The notes under the pieces were generated by a model that did no database searches, had not been told where the DNA came from, and saw nothing but the letters and a program-made list of their open reading frames with translations. Below are positions 18,583 to 27,593 of a stretch of 33,113 nucleotides of DNA, one piece after another. Source of the stretch: a virus (taxonomy: Duplodnaviria > Caudoviricetes); the IMG/VR virus record IMGVR_UViG_3300032247_000060, positions 1 to 33,113 of that record; one strand, 5' to 3'. The position numbers and the translations under genes were made by a program. Position 1 is the stretch's first letter. Each line of letters opens with the position of its first letter.

Positions 18583-19830
18583 TTAAGCTGCAACGCGGCA
18601 AGCCAACTCAGGGTACAAAGGCGCCCAGCCGTACAGCACATCAACGCGAGTCGGGATTGAATCGTTGTTGATAGTGTACTGACGCACGACACGCAATGAC
18701 AGACCCAATTCTTTGTCGCTTGCACGACCAGCGAACACAACGCCATCAGGAAGTTCCAAGTCAGCCGTAGCCAAGGTGAATGCGTTTTTGTGCATCACGA
18801 TGTTTTGGGGAGACACGACACCTGTTTTGTTGAACGGGGTCACAACAGCGGTAGAACTGGTGCTGGTAACGCTCACGTTTTGGAACTGACCGCCAGTGAT
18901 GACAGCGGGGCTGACGGTCACAGAGGTAGTGCCAGAGGTGGCGACAGTGGCGGCGGCGGTCACAACAAAGTTACGCAGCTTGCCCGAACCGTATGCGCTA
19001 CGGTTTTGGGGGTTGACAGCGTAAATGTTTGCGATCTGGATGACGTCACCAACTTGCAAACCAGCAGTAGCGGTGGTGGCGGTCAATGCAATGGTGGAGG
19101 TTTGTGCCCAACCAGTTGACAAAAAGCCAGTGCCCGTTGCGGTATCGCAAGCCAGAGTCGCGGTGGAATAAGACCCAAACGTTTGGTTCACAACGTTCTG
19201 GTCCATTTTCCAATTCATGCCAGCAGAATCACGGCCCATCATGCCCTTTTGGTATTGCTTGCCGATCACATCGGGAGGAACAAACAAACCCTTCAAGCTG
19301 TCCACAATGGTTGCGCCCGTGAAAGGCTCAACGATACATGAACGGCGACCATCACGGGGCGCACCTTCAGCGTCCAAATACGCACCAGCGGTCAAGTAGG
19401 TGAGCAAGGATGTGGGAGGAGTGCCAGCCGTACCAACAATGTTGGCGGTGCTGTTTTTTGCCATCGTCAGACCGTCAAAGTCCACCTTGTTGGCAATAGC
19501 TGCCACAGCGGGTTTCAACACTCGATCTGAAAATGCGTCCAGCGAAAGTGCTAAATCAACTGTCGTAAACTGGGTGTCGACGTGAAACTGAGTACTTAAG
19601 GTTACAGGTACGCTGGTTTCATTGAAGTCTTCAACGTTCAAGGCAGGACCTGTGCTGCCTAGGAACCTTCCAGGTCTGCGGACATTCAGAGTGTTACCGA
19701 TCTTTGCGCCGCTAACGGCAAATTGATCGTCATAGTTACGGTCAACCTCGCTGGAGAAGGTCAACTCGTTTTCCAAGACCATCAACGCTTCGTTGGTGAT
19801 CATTGAAATAGTCAAAAGATTATTACTCAT
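18583..19830 (-). CDS. Major capsid protein, P22 gp5-like
   Basis: 415 aa; KIG.TL.VR.P, HKNAF.LA..DL..P and R.DVLYG motifs; follows portal and scaffold. Confidence 0.9.
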   Translation of the reverse strand: MSNNLLTISMITNEALMVLENELTFSSEVDRNYDDQFAVSGAKIGNTLNVRRPGRFLGSTGPALNVEDFNETSVPVTLSTQFHVDTQFTTVDLALSLDAFSDRVLKPAVAAIANKVDFDGLTMAKNSTANIVGTAGTPPTSLLTYLTAGAYLDAEGAPRDGRRSCIVEPFTGATIVDSLKGLFVPPDVIGKQYQKGMMGRDSAGMNWKMDQNVVNQTFGSYSTATLACDTATGTGFLSTGWAQTSTIALTATTATAGLQVGDVIQIANIYAVNPQNRSAYGSGKLRNFVVTAAATVATSGTTSVTVSPAVITGGQFQNVSVTSTSSTAVVTPFNKTGVVSPQNIVMHKNAFTLATADLELPDGVVFAGRASDKELGLSLRVVRQYTINNDSIPTRVDVLYGWAPLYPELACRVAA

Positions 19831-19861
19831 TTTGCATTACTTTCAAAAGAATGATTGATTG

Positions 19862-20776
19862 TCAGCGGATTCGCCCAGCAAGTCGTGCGGCTTTGTAGGC
19901 TTGAAACGTACCCTCAAATTTACCATCGCTGGTAAGGGGCACATCCCTGCCGTTTGCCGCCGATCTGATTGGGTTTATCGGCGCTGGCGCTTTACTTTTC
20001 CCAACAACAGTTTTAGATGTGGGCTCAGTTTTCTCAAACTGGGCCTCTAGCTTTCCAATGCTTCTCAAAGCCGATGCCACCGTCATGCCTGAGAGTTTCT
20101 CTGCAAACTCGGGATTCTCGGCAAGGTGATACAGAATTCTTGGCCCTACATCTGATTCAAAGATTGCGTCCCGCACTTCGTTGCTCACAACAACGTCAGC
20201 AGAACCAACCATATCGTCAAAATCAGGCATCTCAGACTTGGCAGCTTTAACCCGATCAGTCCAGGCACTAATGACCTTTTCCCGTTCGGCTTGCTGTTTC
20301 GCCTGTGCGTCCTTCTGCTTTTCCTCGCCTAACCTTTGTTCAACTCGATAGTCTGTCAACGCCTTGGCGTACTCGTACATATCGGAGAAGTTCTCTGGCT
20401 TGGGTTCACCAGTTGGTTGGGTTTCTGCTTGCGGCTTTGCCCGACCTTCCAATTCCCTAACTTTAGCCTCTAAAGATTCCCGCGCTTCCCGTTCCCGCTT
20501 GGCTTCTTGCCTAGCTTCTTCGCGTTGCTTGGTTATCTTTTCAAACCTCAATTCCAGCTTTGGATTGCGTTTTCTTTCCTCTGTCGCTGTCGCTTCATCT
20601 TCCCCAAGTGGCTCACTCTGGCTTTGCGTTTCTGTCGGCTCTGTGGGAGTTTTCTCAACCACAGCCTCAACAGGCGCTCTGTCAGCTAAACCCATCTTCT
20701 TGGCGTTGAACTCAGCTAAATTTTCACTTGTCACCACACTAGCGGCAACTTTTGGTGCTTCTTGCACTTCGGACAT
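19862..20776 (-). CDS. Scaffolding protein
   Basis: Charged coiled-coil protein between portal and coat; GP.ILYHLA.NP and SKAPAPI.P motifs. Confidence 0.8.
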   Translation of the reverse strand: MSEVQEAPKVAASVVTSENLAEFNAKKMGLADRAPVEAVVEKTPTEPTETQSQSEPLGEDEATATEERKRNPKLELRFEKITKQREEARQEAKREREARESLEAKVRELEGRAKPQAETQPTGEPKPENFSDMYEYAKALTDYRVEQRLGEEKQKDAQAKQQAEREKVISAWTDRVKAAKSEMPDFDDMVGSADVVVSNEVRDAIFESDVGPRILYHLAENPEFAEKLSGMTVASALRSIGKLEAQFEKTEPTSKTVVGKSKAPAPINPIRSAANGRDVPLTSDGKFEGTFQAYKAARLAGRIR

Positions 20777-20827
20777 GGATTACTCCAAGGATTTACCCAG
20801 TTGACCCAACTGGTAAGGTTTGGGGCG

Positions 20828-20855
20828 ATATTACCCGAAATCATGTCTATGTCAA
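20828..20855 (-). promoter_or_regulatory. Sigma70-type promoter for scaffold-coat genes
   Basis: TTGACA (20855-20850), 16-bp spacer, TAATAT (20833-20828). Confidence 0.6.
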
Positions 20856-22982
20856 TTATTGCGGCATTCCTTGAATAAAGGGACTAGCACCCTGGCTAAT
20901 ATCCTGGGCGGCAAACTGTGCATATTGACCCTGTTCGGCGTTCAATCGCTCAATCTCGCCCATCAATTGATTAGGTGACATTCTTGCCAACAGGATTTTG
21001 ACCAGGGCATCAATTTCGGTCTTATTCTGGCTAGTGATGCTTCGGGTATTCTGATCATTAACCCGAACCTCTGCCATCGTTTCGGTGTTATGCGCCTTGG
21101 CGGTCACTTCCATCAGCTTGCGTTTGGTTGCGCCTTCTTCTTTGATCTGGGCCACTTGCGCCCTGTTATTGATCTCGAGACCCGCCGCTTGCAATTGCTG
21201 TTGCAGTTGCTGAATCATCTGTTCAGACTGTGCCAAACGCATCTGGGCTTCTGGCGGTATATCGGATTTCTCGTCAATATTTGCCATTGGATTCATAGCG
21301 GCAAGGCGGTCAGCAATTACATCTGCGCCAGGGAAATCCATGTTTCTAAATACCAAATCCCCCGCAATATTGAACAATTCCTGATTGCCCGTCAACAATG
21401 GCATCATGGATTCCACCGCTTGCTGGCGCTTGGTCTGGAATCCTGGGCCTGTGTCCATCACCACATCGTATTCACCCACAGTCACATCGTTCAAAACCTC
21501 GCCAATTTCATTGGCCTCGTTAATCGTGGTCATGTCGGGCTGACCATCCGACCCAATAATCCGCATCACCCGCTGGGTGTCGTAAATTTTGGGAATTAGA
21601 TCAAGAATGATGCGCCCAGTTTGAGCAATGGAACGGGTCATATTGTCGTAAAAGTGGAAGTTTGACAGATCAACCTGATTCTGTTGCCCCGCCAATGCCT
21701 TGCCTGAGATATTACCGCTTGGCAATTGGTTGGGGTCAAGAACACCCAGCACCATCTGCAAATCAGCAGAAATAGCCCCCGCAGCTTCCATAATCCCTGA
21801 TGGTGGCGGCTCGGGTTGCAATCTCTGAGGCGCTGGCGCTGGTACACCTTCAATGTCTTTTTGCTTGTATCTCAGCACAGGCATTGACTTGATATTAGCC
21901 ATTGCCCATTCGTTTTCATGCCCCTCGTCTTGGCCCTCTGCCATCACCCATTTGGCTTTAGGCGCAAGGGCAATGCTCTCGGTCATGCTGGTGCGCCAGA
22001 AGTTGTACATCCGCTGGGGGTCTTTAGCAAACCGCACCAGACCGTATTTCTTGCGCTTGTCATCCACAATGACCTGTGCGCCATAACAGGGCACAACGGG
22101 GATATATTTACCCGCCCAGGTCTTTTCCTCAAGAACTTCTAAGGCGGTCATCTTGGCCCATTTAACAGCTTTGCGGAAGGATTCCCGTTCGTCAACCACA
22201 GTCAATCCTGCGGCCTCAACCCGTGCAAAGAATCCATCACTATCCCCAAATGAAGAAGTGCCATCACTTAGCAAATACAGTTTGGCCCTCTCTCGCTCAA
22301 TCCAAAAGTATTCGGCAATCCGAATGTCCTCTTTAGTTACCCAAGCGGCAGTGTCATCGCCTGTGCTGCGTTGCTGGAAGTTAGCCCCATCATCAGCGCC
22401 TGGATACATTTCCCGAAATATCTTTTTGTCTAAGACGGTCGTGATCAAACAGCGTTCAGCATCCGAACCATCTGGCCTGATGCTGTTAGGGTCAAAATAG
22501 ACGGTGAAAGGGTTATCTATCGCATCAATGTAGATTTCTTGATCGAACGAATCTTCCCTTACATACTTGTAATTTATGCGCCAGTAACCCCAGCCCATCC
22601 GCACGGCATAGTCAAAAGCGGTGTCGTAGGCGGTGTCGGCGCTGGAATTGACCTCAATGTGACGGGTGATGCCCTCAATAACCTGGGCAATCTTGTAGTC
22701 AGCAAGGTTATTGACGGGGTGAACTTTGATGCGTGGGCGCTGTTGACGCTGCTGGTTGGTTACCTGTCGGATGTACGCATCGATCTTGTTAATGGTCAGA
22801 CAAGGGCGGCTTTCCAGATTGCGTGAGTTTTGGATTTCCACGGGCCATTGGTCGCCAGCGGCAAACTTAATGTCGTTAAGCGCCTCGGCTCGGTTTGTGG
22901 AGTCCGAATCATTGACCAAGCGCCAGAACTTGATCGCCTCTGAAATCTTGTCTTTTGCGTTATCTTCGTCTTGGTATGCCAT
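20856..22982 (-). CDS. Portal protein, P22-like
   Basis: 708 aa; F..GDQW, RP.LTIN, G.VR..KDPQR.YN, SGKA motifs; C-terminal coiled-coil barrel. Confidence 0.9.
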   Translation of the reverse strand: MAYQDEDNAKDKISEAIKFWRLVNDSDSTNRAEALNDIKFAAGDQWPVEIQNSRNLESRPCLTINKIDAYIRQVTNQQRQQRPRIKVHPVNNLADYKIAQVIEGITRHIEVNSSADTAYDTAFDYAVRMGWGYWRINYKYVREDSFDQEIYIDAIDNPFTVYFDPNSIRPDGSDAERCLITTVLDKKIFREMYPGADDGANFQQRSTGDDTAAWVTKEDIRIAEYFWIERERAKLYLLSDGTSSFGDSDGFFARVEAAGLTVVDERESFRKAVKWAKMTALEVLEEKTWAGKYIPVVPCYGAQVIVDDKRKKYGLVRFAKDPQRMYNFWRTSMTESIALAPKAKWVMAEGQDEGHENEWAMANIKSMPVLRYKQKDIEGVPAPAPQRLQPEPPPSGIMEAAGAISADLQMVLGVLDPNQLPSGNISGKALAGQQNQVDLSNFHFYDNMTRSIAQTGRIILDLIPKIYDTQRVMRIIGSDGQPDMTTINEANEIGEVLNDVTVGEYDVVMDTGPGFQTKRQQAVESMMPLLTGNQELFNIAGDLVFRNMDFPGADVIADRLAAMNPMANIDEKSDIPPEAQMRLAQSEQMIQQLQQQLQAAGLEINNRAQVAQIKEEGATKRKLMEVTAKAHNTETMAEVRVNDQNTRSITSQNKTEIDALVKILLARMSPNQLMGEIERLNAEQGQYAQFAAQDISQGASPFIQGMPQ

Positions 22983-23000
22983 ATAAACCCCTTTGGGTAA

Positions 23001-24272
23001 TTATCCCATCCAACTTCCCGCTGTGGCAACCATTTGCTTCTTGCGTTTGGGTGGTTCTTTGATCATTAAGGCAATGTAGCGGAATGCGTCTGCCCCGTGG
23101 GAATAATGGTCATGCAGAGGGTTTCTGCTGAATTGCCCCGTGTCTGGGTCAACCTCGTAACGGTAATGTCTTAGGCAAGCCAAGCCATCGGCGGTGTGTT
23201 CGCGGTCAAAGTAACAGGTGGGGAATATTGTCCTGGCAGCGTTAATAGAGTCCAGAATCGGCACTCTGGGCAGAATGTTGGTCTTATACCCCGCCGCCCT
23301 CACAATGTCATCAATTGACCGCCCCGCCGCTGCCAAGGTTTTGTTTTCAGCGTCATGGGGCAACCAAATGGTATCGTACACATAACCATATGTCTGCATC
23401 GTTGCAAGGTAATAGCTAATGGTTTTCTGGCTGTCCTCAATGTATCGGATTAGCCTTGTCTCCATGCCTACAAACTGGAGAAACCAAATGGCGGTGCTGT
23501 CCGACCAGCCTAGGTCAAACACCGCATGGACAGGTTTGGTTGCGTCATAGGGCACTTTGGTGATGCGCCCATCCTTCTCGGCGGCTTGCATTTCCTTGGC
23601 AAAGATTGCCCCGTCCACAGTTTGGCGACATAGACCTTCCCAAACTTGGTTATAGGCTTCCTCGTCCCTTTTCTTTAGCGAGTCTTTTTCTAAGCGCAGG
23701 GTTTCGGGAAACCAGGGGTTATCCGACCAGTTCACCCGCATGGTGATGCAATCCTCTGGGGGGCTTGCCACAAACCGCTGATATGTCTCGTCTGTTTCCA
23801 ACTCGGGATTGAATGAAATCCATATCTCGCTACCCTCGGCACGAATGGTAGGAATCAGCACATTCCAAGACAAGCGGCTTACCGTTTGTGCCTCCTCAAC
23901 CCAGCAAATTGAAACACCTTCGTAGCTTTTTACATTGGCAATATTGTTTTTAAGGCCAATAAAGCTAAATTCTGTGCCGTTTTTGCCCCGAATGCTGGCC
24001 TGGGTGATCTCGTAGAACCCCAGCAGTCCAAGGCTTTCAATTTGGTCGCACAACAGTTTATGCACCGAATCCCTCATGGAGGTCATAAACTCTCGAGCGC
24101 ACAAGATACGCAACGGGCTTTTGGCCCCCAGGATTAACAACGCCCTGGCTATGCCCCAAGATTTAGCACCACCTCTGCCACCATAAGCAACCTTGTAACG
24201 GCTTTTTCTGAACAGTCCTTCCAGCTTTACAGGAAATTCTGCCCTTGCAATTGCGTCTTGGACTTCACTCAT
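23001..24272 (-). CDS. terL: Terminase large subunit (PBSX/Terminase_3-like)
   Basis: Walker A GGRGGAKS, Walker B ICWVEEA, nuclease FDLGWSD and HGADAFRY. Confidence 0.95.
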   Translation of the reverse strand: MSEVQDAIARAEFPVKLEGLFRKSRYKVAYGGRGGAKSWGIARALLILGAKSPLRILCAREFMTSMRDSVHKLLCDQIESLGLLGFYEITQASIRGKNGTEFSFIGLKNNIANVKSYEGVSICWVEEAQTVSRLSWNVLIPTIRAEGSEIWISFNPELETDETYQRFVASPPEDCITMRVNWSDNPWFPETLRLEKDSLKKRDEEAYNQVWEGLCRQTVDGAIFAKEMQAAEKDGRITKVPYDATKPVHAVFDLGWSDSTAIWFLQFVGMETRLIRYIEDSQKTISYYLATMQTYGYVYDTIWLPHDAENKTLAAAGRSIDDIVRAAGYKTNILPRVPILDSINAARTIFPTCYFDREHTADGLACLRHYRYEVDPDTGQFSRNPLHDHYSHGADAFRYIALMIKEPPKRKKQMVATAGSWMG

Positions 24273-24600
24273 TAGGCTTTACAAAGGTGACTTGGATGCC
24301 TTGTAGCGGCTCACCATCAGCGCCGGTGACTTCTTGCTTGACCGTTTCTGACCAGCGCATTTGCGCTTTTGTCCACCATATTAAGCTGGTTGTGTCTCCA
24401 GCCAGTGCTTTAGAAAACAACGTTTTAGCTATTTGCCCATTGGCTTTTGCTTTGCCTATGTCTAGTTCATGCCGGTAGTGTTTGCGTAACGTCTTATCGT
24501 CTATCCCAACCAAAATACCTATTTGCTCATGAGGCAAACCTAATCCGCTGGTGCTTTCAACCAATTTTTTCATTTCAGCGGTTGGTTCGTGTTCTGTCAT
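24265..24600 (-). CDS. terS: Terminase small subunit
   Basis: HTH EQIGILVGIDDKTLRKHY, LF.KAL.GD....IWW.K; overlaps terL start. Confidence 0.7.
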   Translation of the reverse strand: MTEHEPTAEMKKLVESTSGLGLPHEQIGILVGIDDKTLRKHYRHELDIGKAKANGQIAKTLFSKALAGDTTSLIWWTKAQMRWSETVKQEVTGADGEPLQGIQVTFVKPNE

Positions 24601-24618
24601 TTTTATTGAGGGGAAATG

Positions 24619-25677
24619 TTAATGAAGTTTAACATTTAACCATTGATCTATTACAGCACGGGCAACTTGTTCAGTCATTTTAGGTGGAACACTCATGCCA
24701 ATCATATATTTTCCTATCTTATCAGTTTTGACTTGATAATCATCAGGAAATGAACCTAATCTTACATATTCTCGAAATGTTAGATGCCTTGGCTCTTTCC
24801 AATGTTTAAACATTGTATGAGTTGCGGTTAATGTTAAAGATGGTGTATTTGGATCAAGTTTTTTACTATTCCATAATTTAACTGGTTGTCCAGTACGTTT
24901 AACAGCATCTCCATAATCTTCACCAGGACGAGTTTTAGGCCACCAAATTAAATCAGTATTAGCAGTAAATTTAACTTCTTCCAATTCATTCAAAGTTATT
25001 TTTAAATCTTTTGTAGCATTTTCACAATTTATCCATTTATGTTTTGGAGTTAATTTTAATGGCTGCACTTCAATGTCATCGCGGATGGCCACAAAGAAAA
25101 CCCGTTCCCTACGTTGTGGAACACCACAATCAGCACTATTTAAAAGGAATAATTGCGGACGATAACCTAATTCCTTAAATCGTGTCATTATCATCTTGGT
25201 GTAGCCTTTGGCATTACCAATTAGCATTCCCTTAACATTCTCGGCAATAACCACTTTAGGCTTGAGCTTACCAACCAAATCGAGGTAGTCAAAGAACAAG
25301 TCAGATAGCACTTGTTTAGCTTGGCCTTCCCTAAAGTGCTTGTCTTTACCCCAGGCTTTTTCTCTGCTGCCTGCCATACTAAAAGTAGAACAAGGCGGCG
25401 AACCATCTAAAATATCAAGGTTGTAAAGTTCTTCTGGTAATTCTTTTTTCAGCAATTCATTAATTGGACAAAGGAAATAATGCTTTGGCTTGATATTTAA
25501 TTGGTAATGCCAGGCCATCTCAGGATCAATGTCATTGGCCGCGATCACCTCGCAACCGGCGCGTTTATAGCCCATGCTGGAGCCACCGCCACAGGCAAAA
25601 GTGCTCATTACTTTGATTCCATTCTTTGGCACATCGGCCAAATCCGTAAGGTTCCAAGCGCAATCAGGTTTTTGCAT
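24619..25677 (-). CDS. DNA (cytosine-5) methyltransferase, orphan
   Basis: Ordered motifs I FACGGG, IV GSPPC, VI ENVKG, VIII QRRERVF, IX RLGSFP, X IGMSV; start may be 25677 or 25692. Confidence 0.9.
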   Translation of the reverse strand: MQKPDCAWNLTDLADVPKNGIKVMSTFACGGGSSMGYKRAGCEVIAANDIDPEMAWHYQLNIKPKHYFLCPINELLKKELPEELYNLDILDGSPPCSTFSMAGSREKAWGKDKHFREGQAKQVLSDLFFDYLDLVGKLKPKVVIAENVKGMLIGNAKGYTKMIMTRFKELGYRPQLFLLNSADCGVPQRRERVFFVAIRDDIEVQPLKLTPKHKWINCENATKDLKITLNELEEVKFTANTDLIWWPKTRPGEDYGDAVKRTGQPVKLWNSKKLDPNTPSLTLTATHTMFKHWKEPRHLTFREYVRLGSFPDDYQVKTDKIGKYMIGMSVPPKMTEQVARAVIDQWLNVKLH

Positions 25678-26164
25678 CAAATTCAAATCCACATTTAGGA
25701 CATTTACAATTCATATTGTATTCATCTACATCAATTTCTTCACTACTTGATTCTGGCATTTTAACTTGTTCATCAAATAAATCAGATAATTCAATTGCAT
25801 CAAATCCTAATAAATTAATATTAAAATTAACTCCTTGCAATGTTCCTAATTCAATAGATAATATTTCTTTATCCCAATCAGCATTTAATGCTAATTTATT
25901 GTCGGCAATGATGTATGCTTTCTTTTGGGTTTCTGTCAGTTCCGACAGTTCAATGGTGGGAACTTCTTTATAACCCAACTTACGGGCAGCTAATAGCCTT
26001 CCATGCCCCGCTATGATGCCGTTTGATCCATCTACCAGGATTGGGTTAGTCCAGCCAAACTCTTTAATGCTTGCCGCTATTTGTGCCACCTGCTCATCGC
26101 TGTGGGTGCGGCTGTTGTTTACATAAGGAATTAGCTCTGTGACCTTCTTTTGAATTATTTTCAC
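25664..26164 (-). CDS. ParB/Sulfiredoxin N-terminal domain protein with C-terminal CxxC knuckle
   Basis: NSRTH...QIAASI.EFG...PIL, IIAGHGRL.AA, IADN; ends CKCPKCGFEF; GTG start. Confidence 0.85.
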   Translation of the reverse strand: MKIIQKKVTELIPYVNNSRTHSDEQVAQIAASIKEFGWTNPILVDGSNGIIAGHGRLLAARKLGYKEVPTIELSELTETQKKAYIIADNKLALNADWDKEILSIELGTLQGVNFNINLLGFDAIELSDLFDEQVKMPESSSEEIDVDEYNMNCKCPKCGFEFDAKT

Positions 26165-26313
26165 TTTTTGGGCTTTTGTTTGGCTTTTTTTTCAGCTTCA
26201 CGTTTAACTGAATATCCAATAGCCACCGCTTGTTTGGGTGGCTTACCAGCGGCGATTTCTGCCTTAATGTTGGCCTTCAGTGCCTTGGGGGTCATACTTG
26301 CTATCAGCGGCAT
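26161..26313 (-). CDS. Small basic protein, 50 aa (not in ORF track)
   Basis: MPLIASMTPKALKANIKAEIAAGKPPKQAVAIGYSVKREAEKKAKQKPKK; AAGGAG RBS; GTGA coupling to ParB-N gene. Confidence 0.7.
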   Translation of the reverse strand: MPLIASMTPKALKANIKAEIAAGKPPKQAVAIGYSVKREAEKKAKQKPKK

Positions 26314-26452
26314 TTGCCTTCTCCTTGGATAACTCACCCAGCCAATAGTGGCAATCTTGAATCGCGCCCGAAAGCTGAATCAAGACTGCCTCTTGTTGCT
26401 TTGCTTGCGCCTGGAGTTCTTCCAGACGCTTGTTTATGACCTCTGGGGTCAT
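26264..26452 (-). CDS. Hypothetical coiled-coil protein
   Basis: 62 aa; ATGA-coupled to upstream gene. Confidence 0.55.
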   Translation of the reverse strand: MTPEVINKRLEELQAQAKQQEAVLIQLSGAIQDCHYWLGELSKEKANAADSKYDPQGTEGQH

Positions 26453-26889
26453 GCCTGGGCAACGTGAATGGTTGCAAAATTGATGGTCAATGCCTCAGAC
26501 AATGAACCAGTGCTTGCGTTGGTAATGACAATAGTAAATGACCCAGCCGCCACTGCCACCACAGAAATCAAGTAAGTTCCTGCCGTTGCCGCACCGCTTG
26601 CAATAGCAATTACTGGAATGTCATATGCAGAAATGGCGCTGTTTGTCACCACAAAAGCCGCTTCAGCCCCTGCCGCTAATGCTGCATTGTTGGTCACAAT
26701 TTGACCCACCGATGCATTGATGGTCACGCCTGTTGACTTGCTGGTCGCTTGGGTCACAGTTGCGGGTGCAGTCGTAAGCGAACCCGTGTTGTACCCAATC
26801 TGGCCTGATGTGGCGGCGGCATATAACGTGGTTGACCCTTTAAGGTCTTGATCTTGATATGCTGCGCCTATTGCTACTGAGTTACCCAT
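26449..26889 (-). CDS. Putative virion-associated beta-rich protein
   Basis: 146 aa, Ala/Thr-rich, TVTQATSKSTGVTIN motif; AAAGGA RBS. Confidence 0.6.
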   Translation of the reverse strand: MGNSVAIGAAYQDQDLKGSTTLYAAATSGQIGYNTGSLTTAPATVTQATSKSTGVTINASVGQIVTNNAALAAGAEAAFVVTNSAISAYDIPVIAIASGAATAGTYLISVVAVAAGSFTIVITNASTGSLSEALTINFATIHVAQA

Positions 26890-26901
26890 GATGTGTGTCC
26901 T

Positions 26902-27174
26902 TTAACAGTTCCAGTTTTTGAGGGATGCTTTAGCCCGTTCCGCTGGGCCTTTGGCGTTTTTGACTACCCCCTCCATCCTAGCGCAAAAACTGGCTTTACG
27001 CCCAGCATCTGCCTTGGTCTTGGGATTTGGGGCTGGTGGCTTGAGATTTGAATTATTTTTGGCGTTGTACTCTGCACGGCCTTTGGCGGTCATTCCCGCA
27101 CCCTTTTCGGTGGGGTTGTAGGTTTTCCCCTTGCCCGTGGTCTTGTGGGGAATGGGCTTGTCGTGCTTCTTCAT
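26902..27174 (-). CDS. Basic protein, DUF6321-like
   Basis: G...KGR..YN....SNLKPP and RKASFCARM, ends W.C. Confidence 0.65.
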   Translation of the reverse strand: MKKHDKPIPHKTTGKGKTYNPTEKGAGMTAKGRAEYNAKNNSNLKPPAPNPKTKADAGRKASFCARMEGVVKNAKGPAERAKASLKNWNC

Positions 27175-27335
27175 TTCTTTTTAGCGGTTTTGGCTGATTC
27201 TTTAAACGCTTGGGCAGTCGGTGCACCCTTTGCCCCAGGCGACCTCATGCGCTCTGGGGTCTTACCCGCCGCCTTTTGGCGCTCGATGCGCTCTTGTTTA
27301 GCGTGAATGTTGGCGTAAAGCCCAGGTTTAGCCAT
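27171..27335 (-). CDS. Small basic protein, 54 aa (not in ORF track)
   Basis: MAKPGLYANIHAKQERIERQKAAGKTPERMRSPGAKGAPTAQAFKESAKTAKKK; GGAG RBS; ATGA coupling downstream. Confidence 0.7.
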   Translation of the reverse strand: MAKPGLYANIHAKQERIERQKAAGKTPERMRSPGAKGAPTAQAFKESAKTAKKK

Positions 27336-27593
27336 TTAAGTCTCCACAACGGCGCAAATGTCCGCTTCTTGAATGATTTGATAATCCTGCCCATCAATCT
27401 TGTGAGTGGGCCACTTCAAATAGTCCCCATTCCCATATTTGATGAAGTCACCAACTTGCACATCTTCAACATCTGAACCAATTGCCACAATCGTACCCTC
27501 GTTGAAAGGTTCTTTGTTGTCAATGTAAATAATGTCGGAAATATGCCGCACTTGGGGGCGCACCACCACCCGATCACGCAGAGGCTTTAGCAT
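27336..27593 (-). CDS. groES: Co-chaperonin GroES (Cpn10)-like protein
   Basis: LKPLRDRVVV, G.IVAIG, VQVGD, IDGQDYQIIQEADICAVV; GAGG RBS before ATG 27593. Confidence 0.85.
   Translation of the reverse strand: MLKPLRDRVVVRPQVRHISDIIYIDNKEPFNEGTIVAIGSDVEDVQVGDFIKYGNGDYLKWPTHKIDGQDYQIIQEADICAVVET

Noticed and set aside
2153-23029. Many + strand ORFs of 60-176 aa in the ORF track (e.g. 2310..2819, 4791..5321, 21090..21599)
   Set aside because: Antisense shadows of well-supported - strand genes, without RBS or recognisable motifs
24619-25677. Complete restriction-modification system
   Set aside because: No adjacent endonuclease; the MTase is flanked by ParB-N and terS
25664-26164. Plasmid-prophage partition system
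   Set aside because: Only the ParB/Srx N-terminal domain is present, with no HTH, ParA or parS array; context is methyltransferase and terminase
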